64,000 nt of DNA from Nitrosopumilus sp. (GCA_965214775.1 OZ243974.1:2368001-2432000), one strand, 5' to 3'; positions 1 to 10,921 are shown, counted from the first letter of the stretch. The notes: generated from the sequence alone by a model not told the origin. A program made the numbers and translations.

Positions 1-112
1 TCCCAAAAACGACGTGGTGAATCACCTGCTCAAATCATTGCCCAAGACCGACATCGGCATGGCTGAGCAGATCGACATAATTGGTCGTATCGCGCATGAT
101 CACCTGAAGTAG
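1..112 (+). CDS. 3' end of a CDS entering the window (…PKNDVVNHLLKSLPKTDIGMAEQIDIIGRIAHDHLK*)
   Basis: Open frame from the window edge to TAG at 110-112; function not recognisable. Confidence 0.45.
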   Translation, partial: PKNDVVNHLLKSLPKTDIGMAEQIDIIGRIAHDHLK

Positions 113-257
113 CAGGACATGCCGGCGTCACGCTCTGATCCTGCCTAAAACTCACAAGGAATGCAAGCCGGGCTCCCAAGGTAGTAATGCCGTGCAAGGC
201 ATTGAAGTTGTTCCTAAAATCGAGTTTAGAAACATGTTATTTGGACGCTTTCATGCT

Positions 258-1325
258 ATGAATAAAATACAGGAAACGACTACGCCAACGTATTGCGTTT
301 TGGGCCGAGTCTGCGGGAGCTGTACTTTTACCTTCGAAAGTCCGTGTGTGTCACACACGGACTTGCGTCCTCGGCTAGATACTGCTATGCGACCTGGTTG
401 CACCACCTGGTCTGCGCCGACAGGCAGGGGCTGAATAACTTCCCGGAGGCCGTGGCCGAGGTTGGGCCCGGCAGCTCGCTGGGCGTTGGACTTGCCGCGC
501 TAATCTCTGGTTCGCATAAGTATTATAGCAACGGGCAGAAGTCTTTGAGTCAAAGTAGGTCATAACTACGCGTAAAAAACCTCAATTATTTCTGCTCGTT
601 GCTATATGCCCTTGACGACGTACGGCATGCGACACGAGGCACCAATTTGAAGGTATTTGACGAGCTGGTACGACTGTTCAGGCAAAGGGCATCGATTCCG
701 GACGGTGACGAGTTTCCGCGGTTGTCGGGGTGGCTTGACACACACGATTTTCCGGATCACATACTGGACAGAGATCGTATGCGTGATTCCCTGGAGCCGG
801 AGCGCCTCAAGAGGATCAGGGATCTGGTGGCAGGCACGCCCGCCGGAGACGTGGGGGGGGAGACAGTTTGAGATCAGGTACGAAGTGCCGTGGTTCCGCT
901 CCTGCATGTCAAGGGGCGCCGTAGACATGATCTTCTCTCAAGAGGTCATGGAGCATGTGGACCGTCTGTCTGATGCATACAAGATGATGGCAAGCCTGCT
1001 CAAGCCGGGAGGGTATGCATCCCACCGGATAAATTTTGACTCCCATGATCCTGCCTCCAAAAACTGGAATGATCACTGGACGATAGGATATGTGGCATGG
1101 AGGATGCGCTGGGTCAGGCTGATCTGGATGATAAACAGGGTGCCACTGTCCGGCCACGTGGATCTGATGAGGAGGCACGGATTCAGGATCGTATCCCTGA
1201 CCCGGCACAAGGATTCAAAGGGGTCGGTCCGGCAAAGCTTACTGCGTGGCAGGTTCCGCGGCATGTCCGAAGACGACCTGACGACTCGGAGGGCAAACAT
1301 ACTGGCAAGATTGGAAATCCTGTGA
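258..1325 (+). pseudogene. SAM-dependent methyltransferase pseudogene (MITE insertion plus frameshifts)
   Basis: Motif I 'AEVGPGSSLGVG' (ORF 293-565) and 'DMIFSQEVMEHV…LLKPGG' (ORF 657-1325). Removing the MITE at 524-606 restores SHKY-YALDD. Confidence 0.8.
524..606. mobile_element. IS630-derived MITE (TA-TAGCAACG…CGTTGCTA-TA)
   Basis: Terminal inverted repeats and TA duplication; ends match the IS630 at 12766-13870; other copies at 5805-5887 and 59690-59772. Confidence 0.92.
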
Positions 1326-1369
1326 GTTCGTGGATCAAGACTGTCCGACTTGATGATGCGCCACGTTTG

Positions 1370-1412
1370 AAAACATATGTTTCTAAATTCGAGTTTAGAA
1401 ATATGGATTTTT
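1370..1412. repeat. Short palindromic repeat (TTTCTAAATTCGAGTTTAGAAA core)
   Basis: Near-identical copy at ~2292-2335, degenerate copy at ~207-240. Confidence 0.7.
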
Positions 1413-1443
1413 AACAGCGGGCCCGGCAACCTATGCTTTGGAC

Positions 1444-1560
1444 GTAATAGGATAGCCCCTGCCTAAAGCTGGAGTACGTCCCTTGCCGGCCAGGCATGAA
1501 AATCACAACTGCAGGCAGATTCGTGCCTGATTGCTGCCTAGGCAGGGGCTATCCTGTTAC
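1444..1560. mobile_element. IS66-type MITE, family GTAA(T/C)AGG
   Basis: 22-bp TIR GTAATAGGATAGCCCCTGCCTA; perfect 8-bp TSD CTTTGGAC; other copies at 13919-14036, 16630-16750, 35080-35195. Confidence 0.9.
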
Positions 1561-1634
1561 CTTTGGACATTGTCCTAGCTTGCCCGCAAATTATTGGTGG
1601 GGAAAACACCGCGAGACTGCTGCTGACACCTGCA

Positions 1635-1898
1635 TCATGTATCATACCGATCGTAAACTCTTGATCTTTTCTTTACTTTGAGCATGTAAAGGATCAACTT
1701 GTCATTGATCACATCCACTATTATCCTGTATTTTCCTACCCTGTATTTGAAGAAATGAGAACTTTCAAGACGTTCGAGATATGAAAACGGATCTACTTCC
1801 ACATCCCCTGTCTTCAGTAGAACCCTTTTGATGTCGTCTTTTGGAAGCTTGTCTAGTTCTTTTCGTGCCTTGTTTGACCAGATGGCAGTCCAGGTCAT
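1635..1898 (-). CDS. relE: RelE/ParE-family toxin
   Basis: 87 aa, 'ARKELDKL…FKYRVGKYRII…KKRSRVY'; overlaps the upstream antitoxin by 4 nt. Confidence 0.88.
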   Translation of the reverse strand: MTWTAIWSNKARKELDKLPKDDIKRVLLKTGDVEVDPFSYLERLESSHFFKYRVGKYRIIVDVINDKLILYMLKVKKRSRVYDRYDT

Positions 1899-2134
1899 AG
1901 ACCGTACTTCTTCTTGAGATCTGCATTGGTGATAAACCTGCCAGCTTTGATCTCTTTTATGGATTGTTCAATATCCTGAATGTCTTTCTCTGTAAGCAAA
2001 TCAGAATCATCCTCGTACACGTATTTCAAAATACGATTAAACATGGCCTCATATGACTCGGAGGGGTGATTTTTGAAAGAATCCCACCGCTTCTTTGATG
2101 TTTTAGAAACTTGAATTGAGGTCATTGTATCCAT
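1895..2134 (-). CDS. Antitoxin (RHH-like N-terminus, acidic C-terminus)
   Basis: 'TSIQVSK…ESYEAMFNRIL…IEQSIKEIKAGR', directly upstream of relE. Confidence 0.8.
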   Translation of the reverse strand: MDTMTSIQVSKTSKKRWDSFKNHPSESYEAMFNRILKYVYEDDSDLLTEKDIQDIEQSIKEIKAGRFITNADLKKKYGL

Positions 2135-2446
2135 GGTTGCCTATAGACGACTATAATATTTAATGCTTGTTTTGACGTCCAGCCAAGTGAAACGTGCCAA
2201 AAAATCGAGCAAAAGCAGGATATCCAACACTTTTCGGAATAGGCGAACCGTTTGAGTCCTCACATCTGCTGTAGGGGGACGTACCGCGTATGAAAACATA
2301 TGTTTCTAAATTCGAGTTTAGAAACATGGATTTTTGACAGTGTGCTACCCAATATGCGCCTGCAACGGAAGAATAGGAGGATTCAAGACAGAGACATGGG
2401 ATTCACTCTCACTGGCATCACGACTGAATACGTGGCAGGAGGCTGG

Positions 2447-2537
2447 GTACGAGTTTACCCCTTGGGCGTCACTGCTGTCTGGAGTCTTCATGTTCACGCC
2501 TGCCACGCCGTATCTCAGGTGAGTGGTAAATTCCTAC
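2447..2537. mobile_element. MITE, family GTACGAGTTTACC…GGTAAATTCCTAC
   Basis: TIR and flanking direct repeat GGAGGCTGG; related copy at ~14410-14500. Confidence 0.75.
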
Positions 2538-2611
2538 GGAGGCTGGCGCGTTGTAAGTTTTGTGGACTCGAAACGAAAGATTGTTATGAGTCATTTGTAT
2601 AGCGCGTAACC

Positions 2612-2845
2612 ATGAAAAAAGAGCAGATGTTACCATCTCCGACATTGATTCCACACGCAAACGGCAGGAAAAAAATCAAAAGATGCCCGGATTGCGGCAG
2701 TGACGATCTTACGAGGATAGCCTACGGGTATATGGAAATAACCGACAAGATTGAAAGGGCCATCGCACGCAAAAAAATAACGCTTGGTGGTTGTTGCGTC
2801 GAACCGTACGATTGGCAATGCAACAACTGCGGTAATCGGTGGTGA
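2612..2845 (+). CDS. Small Zn-ribbon protein
   Basis: CPDC…LGGCC…WQCNNC. Confidence 0.7.
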   Translation: MKKEQMLPSPTLIPHANGRKKIKRCPDCGSDDLTRIAYGYMEITDKIERAIARKKITLGGCCVEPYDWQCNNCGNRW

Positions 2846-2869
2846 GGGCCCACTCCAACGGTGTGGTAT

Positions 2870-3000
2870 ATGAGACCAAACTCGGCATTGACATCACATG
2901 CATCCTGGCAAAAAGATGGAAAGGCGCAGTTCCAGTAGGCCATGTGAGGGACTTTGCAGGTGCAATTGACTCCAAAAAGGCAAAAAGGGTATGTTTGACA
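2870..3000 (+). pseudogene. Mrr-like restriction endonuclease fragment
   Basis: 'AKRWKGAVPVGHVRDFAGAI' resembles the Mrr catalytic-domain C-terminal half; no intact N-terminus. Confidence 0.5.
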
Positions 3001-3591
3001 TCACATCGGAATTTACAAATGCAAAAACTACAGCTATGTTCAAACGTTAGACGGGTTTACAATCCCTCCTCATATTTCCGAAATATCACAAGAGACTTTA
3101 CAATAATACCCTGTGCATGCAGTTGAAAATGGAATATTTTTTTGGCGAAATAGGCACGATGTGTCAAAATCATATCCCATTTTTTGATGTTGGTACTATG
3201 GCCGCCCAGACTAGAGTCATTCATGCCTTCCTGATAGGGCATCCTACCTTCAAAAAAACCCCCCCTTTTGGGGCCAAACACGGCTTGATCCTAGTCCATA
3301 TTTGTGCCTGTTTTCACCGATCCGATCTGGAAACAGGGGGGTTTAGCTCTCAGGCACAAAAATAAAACACCGCCAACACTTTGCCCAGCTACCGGGGTGT
3401 TTTGACGGTTGCCTGCCGTATCTACGAGCAGGTGCTAAACCCCCCCTGAAATCGGCGTTTTTTGAGAAAACGGCTCTGTGCCTGGGACGCGTGTCCGGGG
3501 AGGGGGGTTTAGCTCTCAGGCGTGGGATAAGGATCCGCATTTTTGCGGGTATTTTGCATCCTGCAAAGATCGGCACGCTATCCTGGTAACA

Positions 3592-4200
3592 GTATGAGGT
3601 CACCTATTCCCCCACATTAGGTCAAATATTGATGACGATGCCGATCCTTATACCATGATCGCGTATACTAGACATTATGAAAGGTCAACCCTCCACATAC
3701 TGTGAGATCGAGGCATCTATAGCATCGTCGACGGAGAAGATACAGAGTCTGGAAAAGGGAATCAAGGAACGTGACAACATCATCAAGGAACGTGACAACA
3801 TCATCAAGGAACGTGACACGACCATTGAGAAACTAAACAATATAATCAAGGATCAGGGCAGCAGGCTCCGATACTATGAGAACGAGAACTCGCCCCCGTC
3901 GGCAGACTCGCTTGCGTGGAAGGAGCAAAAGGCACAGAGGAAAAAGGAGAGGGCCCAATACGATGCTGTAGCCGGGAATGGCGGCACCAGGAATAACAGG
4001 AAAAAGCCCGGCGGCCAAAAGGGCCACAAGGGCGTATCGCGCGTCCACCGGCCCACCCGGGTACAAAGGCACTACTTTCCGGGCGGACAGGCGCCAGAGT
4101 GCTGGTGCGGCACCCCCACGAAGATCATGAACAGGTCGCAGACACGCGACATGATTGGATTTGAGATCAAGGCGGTTGAGACGCGCCACGAGATACAGAG
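3592..4200 (+). mobile_element. Truncated IS66-family element (left TIR GTATGAGGTCACC plus N-terminal transposase, ORF 3677-4228)
   Basis: Coiled coil with 3 x 21-bp repeat, 'NSPPSAD', 'KKPGGQKGHKG', Zn finger; cut by the MITE at 4201. Confidence 0.8.
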
Positions 4201-4292
4201 GTATGCGGTCACGCCCCCTGCTGGCTAGGCATGAAAATCATAGACATGCATGCCAACTCGTGCCTGATTGGCAGGGGTGGGTGACCTCATGC
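4201..4292. mobile_element. IS66-type MITE, family GTATG(T/C)GGTCAC…GTGACCTC
   Basis: Same family at 5728-5900 and 38591-38682; the latter has a perfect 8-bp TSD GTCTTAAT. Confidence 0.85.
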
Positions 4293-4344
4293 CAAGCTAC
4301 TTTGATCACAATGTTAAAATTTCATATTGGCGCAACATTGGCAA

Positions 4345-5204
4345 TTGACAAGAATCATCAGCAGATCAATCTCAAAGGCGGAGTGGGAAAAACCCAGACT
4401 GTAGTGGCCATTGCCGAATTTCTTGCCATGCAGCACAAGAAGAAAGTACTTGTAATTGATCTAGATCCGCAAACCAATGCTACCATGGCCTTGATCACGC
4501 AAGATGTTTGGAAGGACAAGAACGAGAAAGGCGAGACTATTTTTCAAATGTTCAAGGACAGGCTAGACAACACGTCAAAATTCAATATTAAAAACTCGAT
4601 AATGCAAAAAGTATCCAATGTGAATGACGGCATACCGAACTTGGATCTCTTGCCATCAAGTCTGGATCTGGTAGGAATACAGGATGAATTATCACAAATT
4701 ACTACGGGTCGCTTTCATCTGTTCAGCCCAGTTATGATTCTTAAAAGATCCATCTCGCCGGTGTTGCAGGATTACGATTATGTACTCATTGACTGTCCAC
4801 CAAACCTTGGAATAATAACGCTAAACGGCCTGTACATATCAGATTTTTATGTCATTCCCACCATTCCAGACATCCTTCCAACGTTTGGCATCCCACAAAT
4901 AATTAGTAGGATATCGGATTTTTCAAGAGAGGGCGATTTGACAATCAATCCCTCAGGAATAATAATCTCAATGTATAGAAAGCAAAGTACCACACACAAA
5001 ACCATGATGGAGTCCCTGAAAAACAGAGCACAAAGCGGCGAATACCCCCCGGTTTATGATACGGTGATTCCTTTGACCGTAAGAACCGCAGATGCGGCGG
5101 ATGTCAGTTCCGTATCGGCTACACTAAAACAAAAGTACGGCTATGTGACAATGTTTGACGTATATGACAAGCTTACAAACGAGTTTCTGGAGAGGATCCG
5201 ATGA
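4345..5204 (+). CDS. parA: ParA/Soj-family ATPase, probably with an N-terminal 1-nt frameshift
   Basis: Deviant Walker A 'NLKGGVGKT', 'VIDLDPQ', 'LIDCPP'. Expected start TTG-ACA-AGA-ATC-ATC-AGC (MTRIIS) is out of frame by one base; in-frame ATG at 4311. Confidence 0.8.
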
Positions 5205-5536
5205 GCCGGAATGACGAGCTGACGATTCCAGACATCCTGCGTCTGCTGGCAGACCAGATAGAAAAAAATCCCAAACTGCTGGATCCAAAACGGAAATCGG
5301 TCAGAAAAAGGCCCGACATTGACCTGTTTGGCCTGGTATCCAAAGGAGGGGAGGATCTTTTGCGAGAAGAGCTGGAAAAACTGGACATTGACACGCTAAG
5401 GCAAATTGTGCGTACAAGGGGTTTTGATACGTCCAGACTTGCAGGAAAATGGAAAAACAAGCAAAGACTGATCGATCTAATAGTCAAAAAGACGATGTAT
5501 CTGAGCACCAAGGGGGATGTGTTTCTGTATGGATGA
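5201..5536 (+). CDS. Small basic protein coupled to the ParA gene
   Basis: ATGA overlap with the parA stop; 111 aa, helical. Confidence 0.75.
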   Translation: MSRNDELTIPDILRLLADQIEKNPKLLDPKRKSVRKRPDIDLFGLVSKGGEDLLREELEKLDIDTLRQIVRTRGFDTSRLAGKWKNKQRLIDLIVKKTMYLSTKGDVFLYG

Positions 5537-5727
5537 GCACCAGAGTGACAGTCCGTGATTCTGAAGCTCAGGCGTGGTGGTGATTATGATGATTTTGATT
5601 CGTACATCCAGCCAAGCACAAAGTATCCAAGATTTGACGTCATGGAGTGGAGGGGGCTTGGGCTCCCTGTGGTAAACCGTCATGCCCTCCTCCTGAGAGG
5701 TTGTCCGGAATCAGAGACCGAACGCCA

Positions 5728-5900
5728 GTATGTGGTCACGTCCCTTGCTAGCTAGGCACGAAGATCACAATCATTCATGCTAATTCATGCCTAACTGATG
5801 ATGGTATAGCAACGAGCAGAAATAATTGAGGTTTTTTACGTGTAGTTATGACCTGCTTTGACTCAAAGACTTCTGCCCGTTGCTATAGGTGACCTCGTAC
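5728..5900. mobile_element. IS66-type MITE carrying a nested IS630 MITE (5805-5887)
   Basis: GTATGTGGTCAC…GTGACCTCGTAC with an internal TA-flanked TAGCAACG element. Confidence 0.85.
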
Positions 5901-7045
5901 GAACGTCCCGTCCGCAGCCGTTCAGCTGCCGCCACTCATTAGGCCGCAGCAGCGATTCTGGCCGGCGCCCTATCGTTGACCAGTCCGCACAGGATACTGT
6001 TTGCAAGGTCGCACTTTTTGAGTGGGTTTCGGTACCGGTCGCCCATGATCCTGTATGTTTTGACCCTGCGTATGGTGTTCCCCACGTACATGCGTATCTT
6101 TGAGTGCGTGATATTGTACTCTTTTTCCGCATCGGTGAGCTTGCCGCCCGGTTTTTTCTTGATTGGGAGTATGACTTCAGTACCTGCATCCACTGACTGT
6201 GCTCCCTGGTATCCGCGATCCATGTAGTGCCGCAGCTTTGTACTCTTTTGTTGTTGCTGCGGCGCATCACCATCCCCGCTGCCGCCGGGGCACTTTTTCT
6301 TTCTCTCTTTTTCTTTCTTTGGTCGTACCGGAACGTGGGATGCCTCATCTGGTACATCGTGATGTCGTTTACGCGTCCCGGAGAGTGGGGCGTGTCTTGT
6401 GTACCAAGTCCGTGGATGTTGGTGATATACTGAACCTTGACTGTGTGCGTGCCTGCCTTGCCTGAATAGTGCGATTTCTCCATGTCCTTTCTCTTGGGCC
6501 TGCATATCTTTTGTTCTGAGGCATCTGTCAGGCAGACAAGTTTCGGTAATACGTCCATTAGCTCCTCTACTGAGGATATTCTCTTGGTGCCCGAATAGAT
6601 CTTTTCGGGGATCGACAGGCACTTTTTGAGAACCGGCGCAATCCCGTCTATCGAGCGCGAGACTGATGCCTGTCCTATTCCGAACATGGCAGATGCCACG
6701 TCCTGCGTGACGTACGTCCTGTAGTAGAACAGGGACAATAGAAGACTCTCCTTTAGGCTGAGGGCAGTCGGACGTCCTGCACCGATGATGTCACGCTTGC
6801 GGTCTTTTTTGGCAGAAAGCAGAAAGCCTCTTTCTGTCCCTCTTTGGGTGTTTTTTTGCCACCTTTGCATACAACAAATCAAATTCGGGGGCAGTCATGC
6901 CGGCAAACATCTTCTTGAATGTCCGGGGTTTTTTTGACAATTTATCAAATAACTTCATGAATTGTACATTTTACTGGCATTTGGATCGGGTTGGTGTACA
7001 TTATGTGTCTGTTTGATCAAAATTTGCTAATTTCGAATCAACTCT
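5901..7045 (-). pseudogene. IS5-family (ISL2-like) element, frameshifted copy of 48770-49928
   Basis: Near-identical to the intact transposase at 48859-49869; TIR AGAGTTGATTCGAAA at 7031-7045; other end lost. Confidence 0.9.
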
Positions 7046-7090
7046 CTGAAGAGGTGAAAAAAGACTTGGAATAAATCCCCACTCCAAAAA

Positions 7091-7402
7091 TTATTCTATC
7101 TTGCTTGAAATTTCTGATATTTTTTCAGATTCGTTTTCAATCATCCCAACAACGTATGCGACTCCAAGGTTATCCAAATATAGCACTGCCATGCTTTTTC
7201 CATCATCTGAAAGCAGTTTGCGTTTTACAAGTTTCTGCGCAACAGACTTGAATCCTTTTTTTACCCTGTACGCAGATGAGATCTTTTGCCAGTTTATCAT
7301 CTTTGCAAACTTTTCAATGGCAACATATTTTGGCATTCCAATTATTCCCTTGCTGTATGCATGTAAAATCACTGCGATCTCATAGTCATGCATACTGTAC
7401 AA
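7091..7402 (-). CDS. Hypothetical protein, possible winged helix
   Basis: Clean AT-rich ORF divergent from 7447; 'KSVAQKLVKRKLL…LYLDNLG'. Confidence 0.6.
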   Translation of the reverse strand: MYSMHDYEIAVILHAYSKGIIGMPKYVAIEKFAKMINWQKISSAYRVKKGFKSVAQKLVKRKLLSDDGKSMAVLYLDNLGVAYVVGMIENESEKISEISSKIE

Positions 7403-7446
7403 TTATGCAATAATTATTATATAAGCATACTGTACAATTATGCAAT
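7390..7446. promoter_or_regulatory. Two identical 22-bp quasi-palindromic operators flanking a TATA-like box
   Basis: GCATACTGTACAATTATGCAAT at 7390-7411 and 7425-7446 around TTATTATATAA. Confidence 0.75.
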
Positions 7447-7980
7447 ATGCCCAGAACCGACCTTGCCAGTGCCACCTTGCAAATTATGAAGACACTCCAA
7501 AATGGAGAGTCATACACGCTAAACAAGATAAGCAGAGAAACGGAATTGAATTTTAGAACCGTTCAAAAGGTATTCAAGCTAATAGAGGCATTCCAGGAAC
7601 AGCTAGAATCAAAAAAGATCAATATAATCCGCCAGAACCACGTAATCCGCATACAAATGAAGTCAAAAAGTGGAATAACATCGATGCCAACTCCAATACA
7701 AAAAATGCTTATTCGCACATCATACTATCCAACACCTGGCAGAAACGAGGAACTGCTTGTGTATCTGTTACAAAACAACGCAACCAAAAATTCATCTGCA
7801 ATACAAATGAATTCAAACAAGCTGTTAGACGAGTTGGTTGCAGCAGAGCACGTAATCAAGAAAGGAAAAAAATATCACTTGTCTGAGATGGGTCAAATCG
7901 CCGCAAAGGGCGCAATGTCGCTTTATCCAGAACTAGTCCAGAGAGTTGATTCGAAATTAGCAGACTCTGATTATTTGTGA
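7447..7980 (+). CDS. Double winged-HTH DNA-binding protein
   Basis: 'YTLNKISRETELNFRTVQK' HTH; second wHTH-like C-half; last ~12 codons supplied by a MITE. Confidence 0.7.
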   Translation: MPRTDLASATLQIMKTLQNGESYTLNKISRETELNFRTVQKVFKLIEAFQEQLESKKINIIRQNHVIRIQMKSKSGITSMPTPIQKMLIRTSYYPTPGRNEELLVYLLQNNATKNSSAIQMNSNKLLDELVAAEHVIKKGKKYHLSEMGQIAAKGAMSLYPELVQRVDSKLADSDYL

Positions 7981-8079
7981 GCGAATCTGCATAAAACATC
8001 TCAAAATACCAGCAAAATGCCAGGTCATCTGCGAAACCGCTTGAGAGATTCGCACGGCTTTTGATTTCGGACCACCTCT
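7942..8079. mobile_element. MITE derived from the IS5/ISL2-like element (AGAGTTGATTCGAAATTAG ends)
   Basis: Ends match the IS at 48770-49928; further copies at ~9774-9908, 14109-14245, 38432-38570, 40400-40533, 44112-44222, 49932-49996. Confidence 0.85.
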
Positions 8080-8099
8080 CTGCAGCTGCTTTTGGGCGG

Positions 8100-8909
8100 T
8101 CAGAGATGCGGTCCAATCTTGCCTAAAATTTCCTTTGCTGCAACATCCCACCCCACTCGAAGACCCTTTGGAACATACGGGTTTGTCGAGCCGTGCAGGC
8201 CCTTCATTTTTTGCCCATCCAGAAATTTTTCCGTCATCCTTGCTCTAAAATCATCATATTTTATGTCAGCGGAGATTAGAACATCTTTCAAGATTTCGAT
8301 TATCGTACCTATTTCGCTCGTAATTTTGAGGCCAGAGTAGATGTCATAGACGTCTTTGCCCTCGTCTCTCTCGTAAAATGCCTTTAATTTTTTGGCAATC
8401 AGAGTGTGAAGTGAATAGACTGGAACCTTACCTACTGTCAGCGGAAGTATCGTGCTGCTTGCACTGATTACTTGGTCACTTCCAGTCATTGCTTCTCCCA
8501 TGTTGAATTCAAGAAACACGCTATCATCCATATTGATTTCGTTTTTGAATTTGCATGTAAAATGAATAATGTTTTTTCGCCGTGCCTCTTTTGGAATTGT
8601 GTAAGAGCTGCTCAATGGGGCAATAACGTTGTTTTTGATAAATTCTATTTTTTCATCTTTTGATCTGTCATCCTTGAAAAATATGTCCAGATCAATATCC
8701 TCTGAGAACCTCTGTATGTGGCCAAGATATACTTTGTTCAACGAGGTACCGCCTTTGCATACCATTTTGGCCTCAGACAAGACTGCATCAGACAACATGA
8801 CGGGACACGTCTTACTCCAGATGTCAAACACCCTTGCCTCCTTTAGGACATATTGCATCCTAATCCTAGTTCTTGCAGCTGCCTGCTGTGCCTCCCGCAG
8901 TTCAACCAT
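8100..8909 (-). CDS. abiEii: AbiEii-family nucleotidyltransferase toxin (type IV TA)
   Basis: 'KGGTSL…RFSEDIDL', 'KLKAFYER…KDVYD'. Confidence 0.9.
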   Translation of the reverse strand: MVELREAQQAAARTRIRMQYVLKEARVFDIWSKTCPVMLSDAVLSEAKMVCKGGTSLNKVYLGHIQRFSEDIDLDIFFKDDRSKDEKIEFIKNNVIAPLSSSYTIPKEARRKNIIHFTCKFKNEINMDDSVFLEFNMGEAMTGSDQVISASSTILPLTVGKVPVYSLHTLIAKKLKAFYERDEGKDVYDIYSGLKITSEIGTIIEILKDVLISADIKYDDFRARMTEKFLDGQKMKGLHGSTNPYVPKGLRVGWDVAAKEILGKIGPHL

Positions 8910-9723
8910 CGTACCACCACGAGAGAAGTTTTCTCTCCCCTATGTTGTCTGTCACCATCCATTCTTTGATGTACCTTCCGCCCTTCATGGCATAGTCAAG
9001 CTTTGCCTTGTTTTTTATCCTGCCCTCCAAATATTCCACAAAGTCTGCAGGGATGTCATATCCCGTCTCTTTGTGAAGCAGTGAAAGCATATAGCCAATC
9101 TTCTGGCACAGGCTAGACGATCCAAAACGGTCAAGATGTCCCTCCATTTCAACCCAGTCCATTCCCTCTGCCAGGTGCAGGGATTTTAAAACCTCAGAAT
9201 AGCCGCCTGCGTGACGCGGATGGCAGAAGCAGTCAAAGAACGTCTTTGCCTTTGTTGAGACCACGTACTTTCCCTTTTTCTCAAACCCGGCGAACCTCCT
9301 TCCCAGGTTTACGGCCCTTACCTCATAGTGCTCAAGCAACGGGGTCGTCTCCGACTTGTTTTTGGTCGCAACAAAAACTGTAAATGGCTCGTATTCGCTT
9401 AGCCCGTGTATTCTCAGTGCGCTTTGGAAGGCAAGGTACCCCGAGTACATCTTCAGGCTGACCTCGAAGGGATCCTCAAGGTATGCACGCCCCTCAAACG
9501 CGGTGCTGGCAGGAAGTCTCAGATATACACCCTTTCCCACTCCTGTTATCCAGCCCTTCTTTTCCAGCCTGCAGATTAGCACGTAGAGATAATCCCTGCT
9601 CAGCCCCAGTTCCTTGTCATCTATTTCAGATACCTTAAAGGAGTTCTTTCCCATGCTTTCCAGATACAAATAGAACTTTTGCTCTTCATGGCTGAGTGGC
9701 ATTGTGGAGAGATTTAAATCCAT
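8902..9723 (-). CDS. abiEi: AbiEi-family antitoxin/transcriptional regulator
   Basis: wHTH 'LEKKGWI…GKGVY', 'YLAFQSALRIHGL', 'AKTFFDC'; overlaps abiEii. Confidence 0.88.
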   Translation of the reverse strand: MDLNLSTMPLSHEEQKFYLYLESMGKNSFKVSEIDDKELGLSRDYLYVLICRLEKKGWITGVGKGVYLRLPASTAFEGRAYLEDPFEVSLKMYSGYLAFQSALRIHGLSEYEPFTVFVATKNKSETTPLLEHYEVRAVNLGRRFAGFEKKGKYVVSTKAKTFFDCFCHPRHAGGYSEVLKSLHLAEGMDWVEMEGHLDRFGSSSLCQKIGYMLSLLHKETGYDIPADFVEYLEGRIKNKAKLDYAMKGGRYIKEWMVTDNIGERKLLSWWYDG

Positions 9724-9965
9724 AATCTAACCATGGCAGTTAGATTTTAAATTCTTTTCTCACCAACTGCCACAGAGTTTATTCGAAATTAGCAGATTCT
9801 GATTATTTGTGGATGAATTTGCATAAAACGGCTCAAAACACCAGCAAAATACAAACTATCTGCGAAATCACTTGGAAAATTCGCACGACTTCTAATTTCG
9901 GATCATCTATCCTGTGGCCAAACATGAAAATCACAACTGCAGGCAACTCCTGCCTAATTGACAGA

Positions 9966-10054
9966 GTACAACATCATGTCCTCAACTTTCTAGGCGTAAA
10001 ACATTCATCCAATTCCTGTTCACACCTGATTTTACGGAGGACATGATGTTGTAC
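9966..10054. mobile_element. IS66-type MITE, family GTACAACATCATGTCCTC
   Basis: Near-perfect ~17-18-bp TIR; no TSD seen. Confidence 0.8.
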
Positions 10055-10105
10055 CAACAAACTATTGAATCCCAATCCTTTTTTTATGACGGAATAAAAC
10101 AAGAC

Positions 10106-10243
10106 ATGTCTGATACAAAACAGATGGAATCCCCTCCGTTATCTGATGAAGAAATCAGGGACATTAAAGAATTTTATGCACATCCTGAAGATCGAAAAAT
10201 CGTGACATTTGACGAACTGCTTGAAGAGCTGCACAGTGATTAG
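10106..10243 (+). CDS. Small acidic antitoxin
   Basis: 'LSDEEIRDIKEF…VTFDELLEELH' immediately before a RelE-like remnant. Confidence 0.7.
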   Translation: MSDTKQMESPPLSDEEIRDIKEFYAHPEDRKIVTFDELLEELHSD

Positions 10244-10246
10244 AAA

Positions 10247-10508
10247 TTGTGGGATTTGGACAGAAACAAAAAATTCATCAGACAGTACAAGAGACTTGAT
10301 TGTACAATATGACATCTTGCAGACAATGCAATATACGACATCATAACGTCGGCAAACCCTGCTGATCTTGGAGTGTACAAACAAGACATGAGAACTTTTT
10401 CTTATGAACTTGGCAGAAAGCACCGAATCATTTTCAGTACGATATAACGGCAGCGTCGTGGAGTTGCTTTGAGTGTGCGACCACAAGTCAGTCTACGGCA
10501 AGAACTGA
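10247..10508 (+). pseudogene. RelE-like toxin pseudogene
   Basis: LWDLDRNKKFIRQYKRL…*…SYELGRKHRIIF /frameshift/ …*VCDHKSVYGKN. Confidence 0.7.
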
Positions 10509-10599
10509 TGGTACAAACAACCAAATTCTTCCCTGACTGAAACTGCTTTACAACTTTTGTACCGTGACCTTGACTCGGATCCAGGATGTGCAAAATAAT

Positions 10600-10921
10600 C
10601 CAAAATTCAAAAAGTGTGCGAAAAAAAGCGTTCCTATTCTAGCGGGGTCCTCACCAACAGTACGTGGCATTTGCAACCAACCTCCCGTTCTCCAACACGC
10701 TGCACGAGATCGATACTGCCCCACCGGACTACCGGAAGAGGTGGGGAATAGAGACAGGATGCAGACAGATAGAGCAGATACGGGCCAAGACCATAAGCAG
10801 GAACCAGGACATCAGGCTACTTGCATTCTTTGTGTCTGTCTTTGTGTACGCCATGTGGGCCGTCGAGCGCAACAGGGACGACATATGGTGTGGTGGAAGG
10901 GACTACATTTTACAAACTTGA
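10600..10921 (+). pseudogene. ISH3/IS4-like transposase C-terminal fragment
   Basis: 'AFATNL…YRKRWGIETG…RAKTISRN…RL'. Confidence 0.7.

Noticed and set aside
3117-3590. GGGGGTTTAGCTCTCAGGC twice plus an inverted GCTAAACCCCCC
   Set aside because: Probably element remnants, but boundaries and TSD could not be defined
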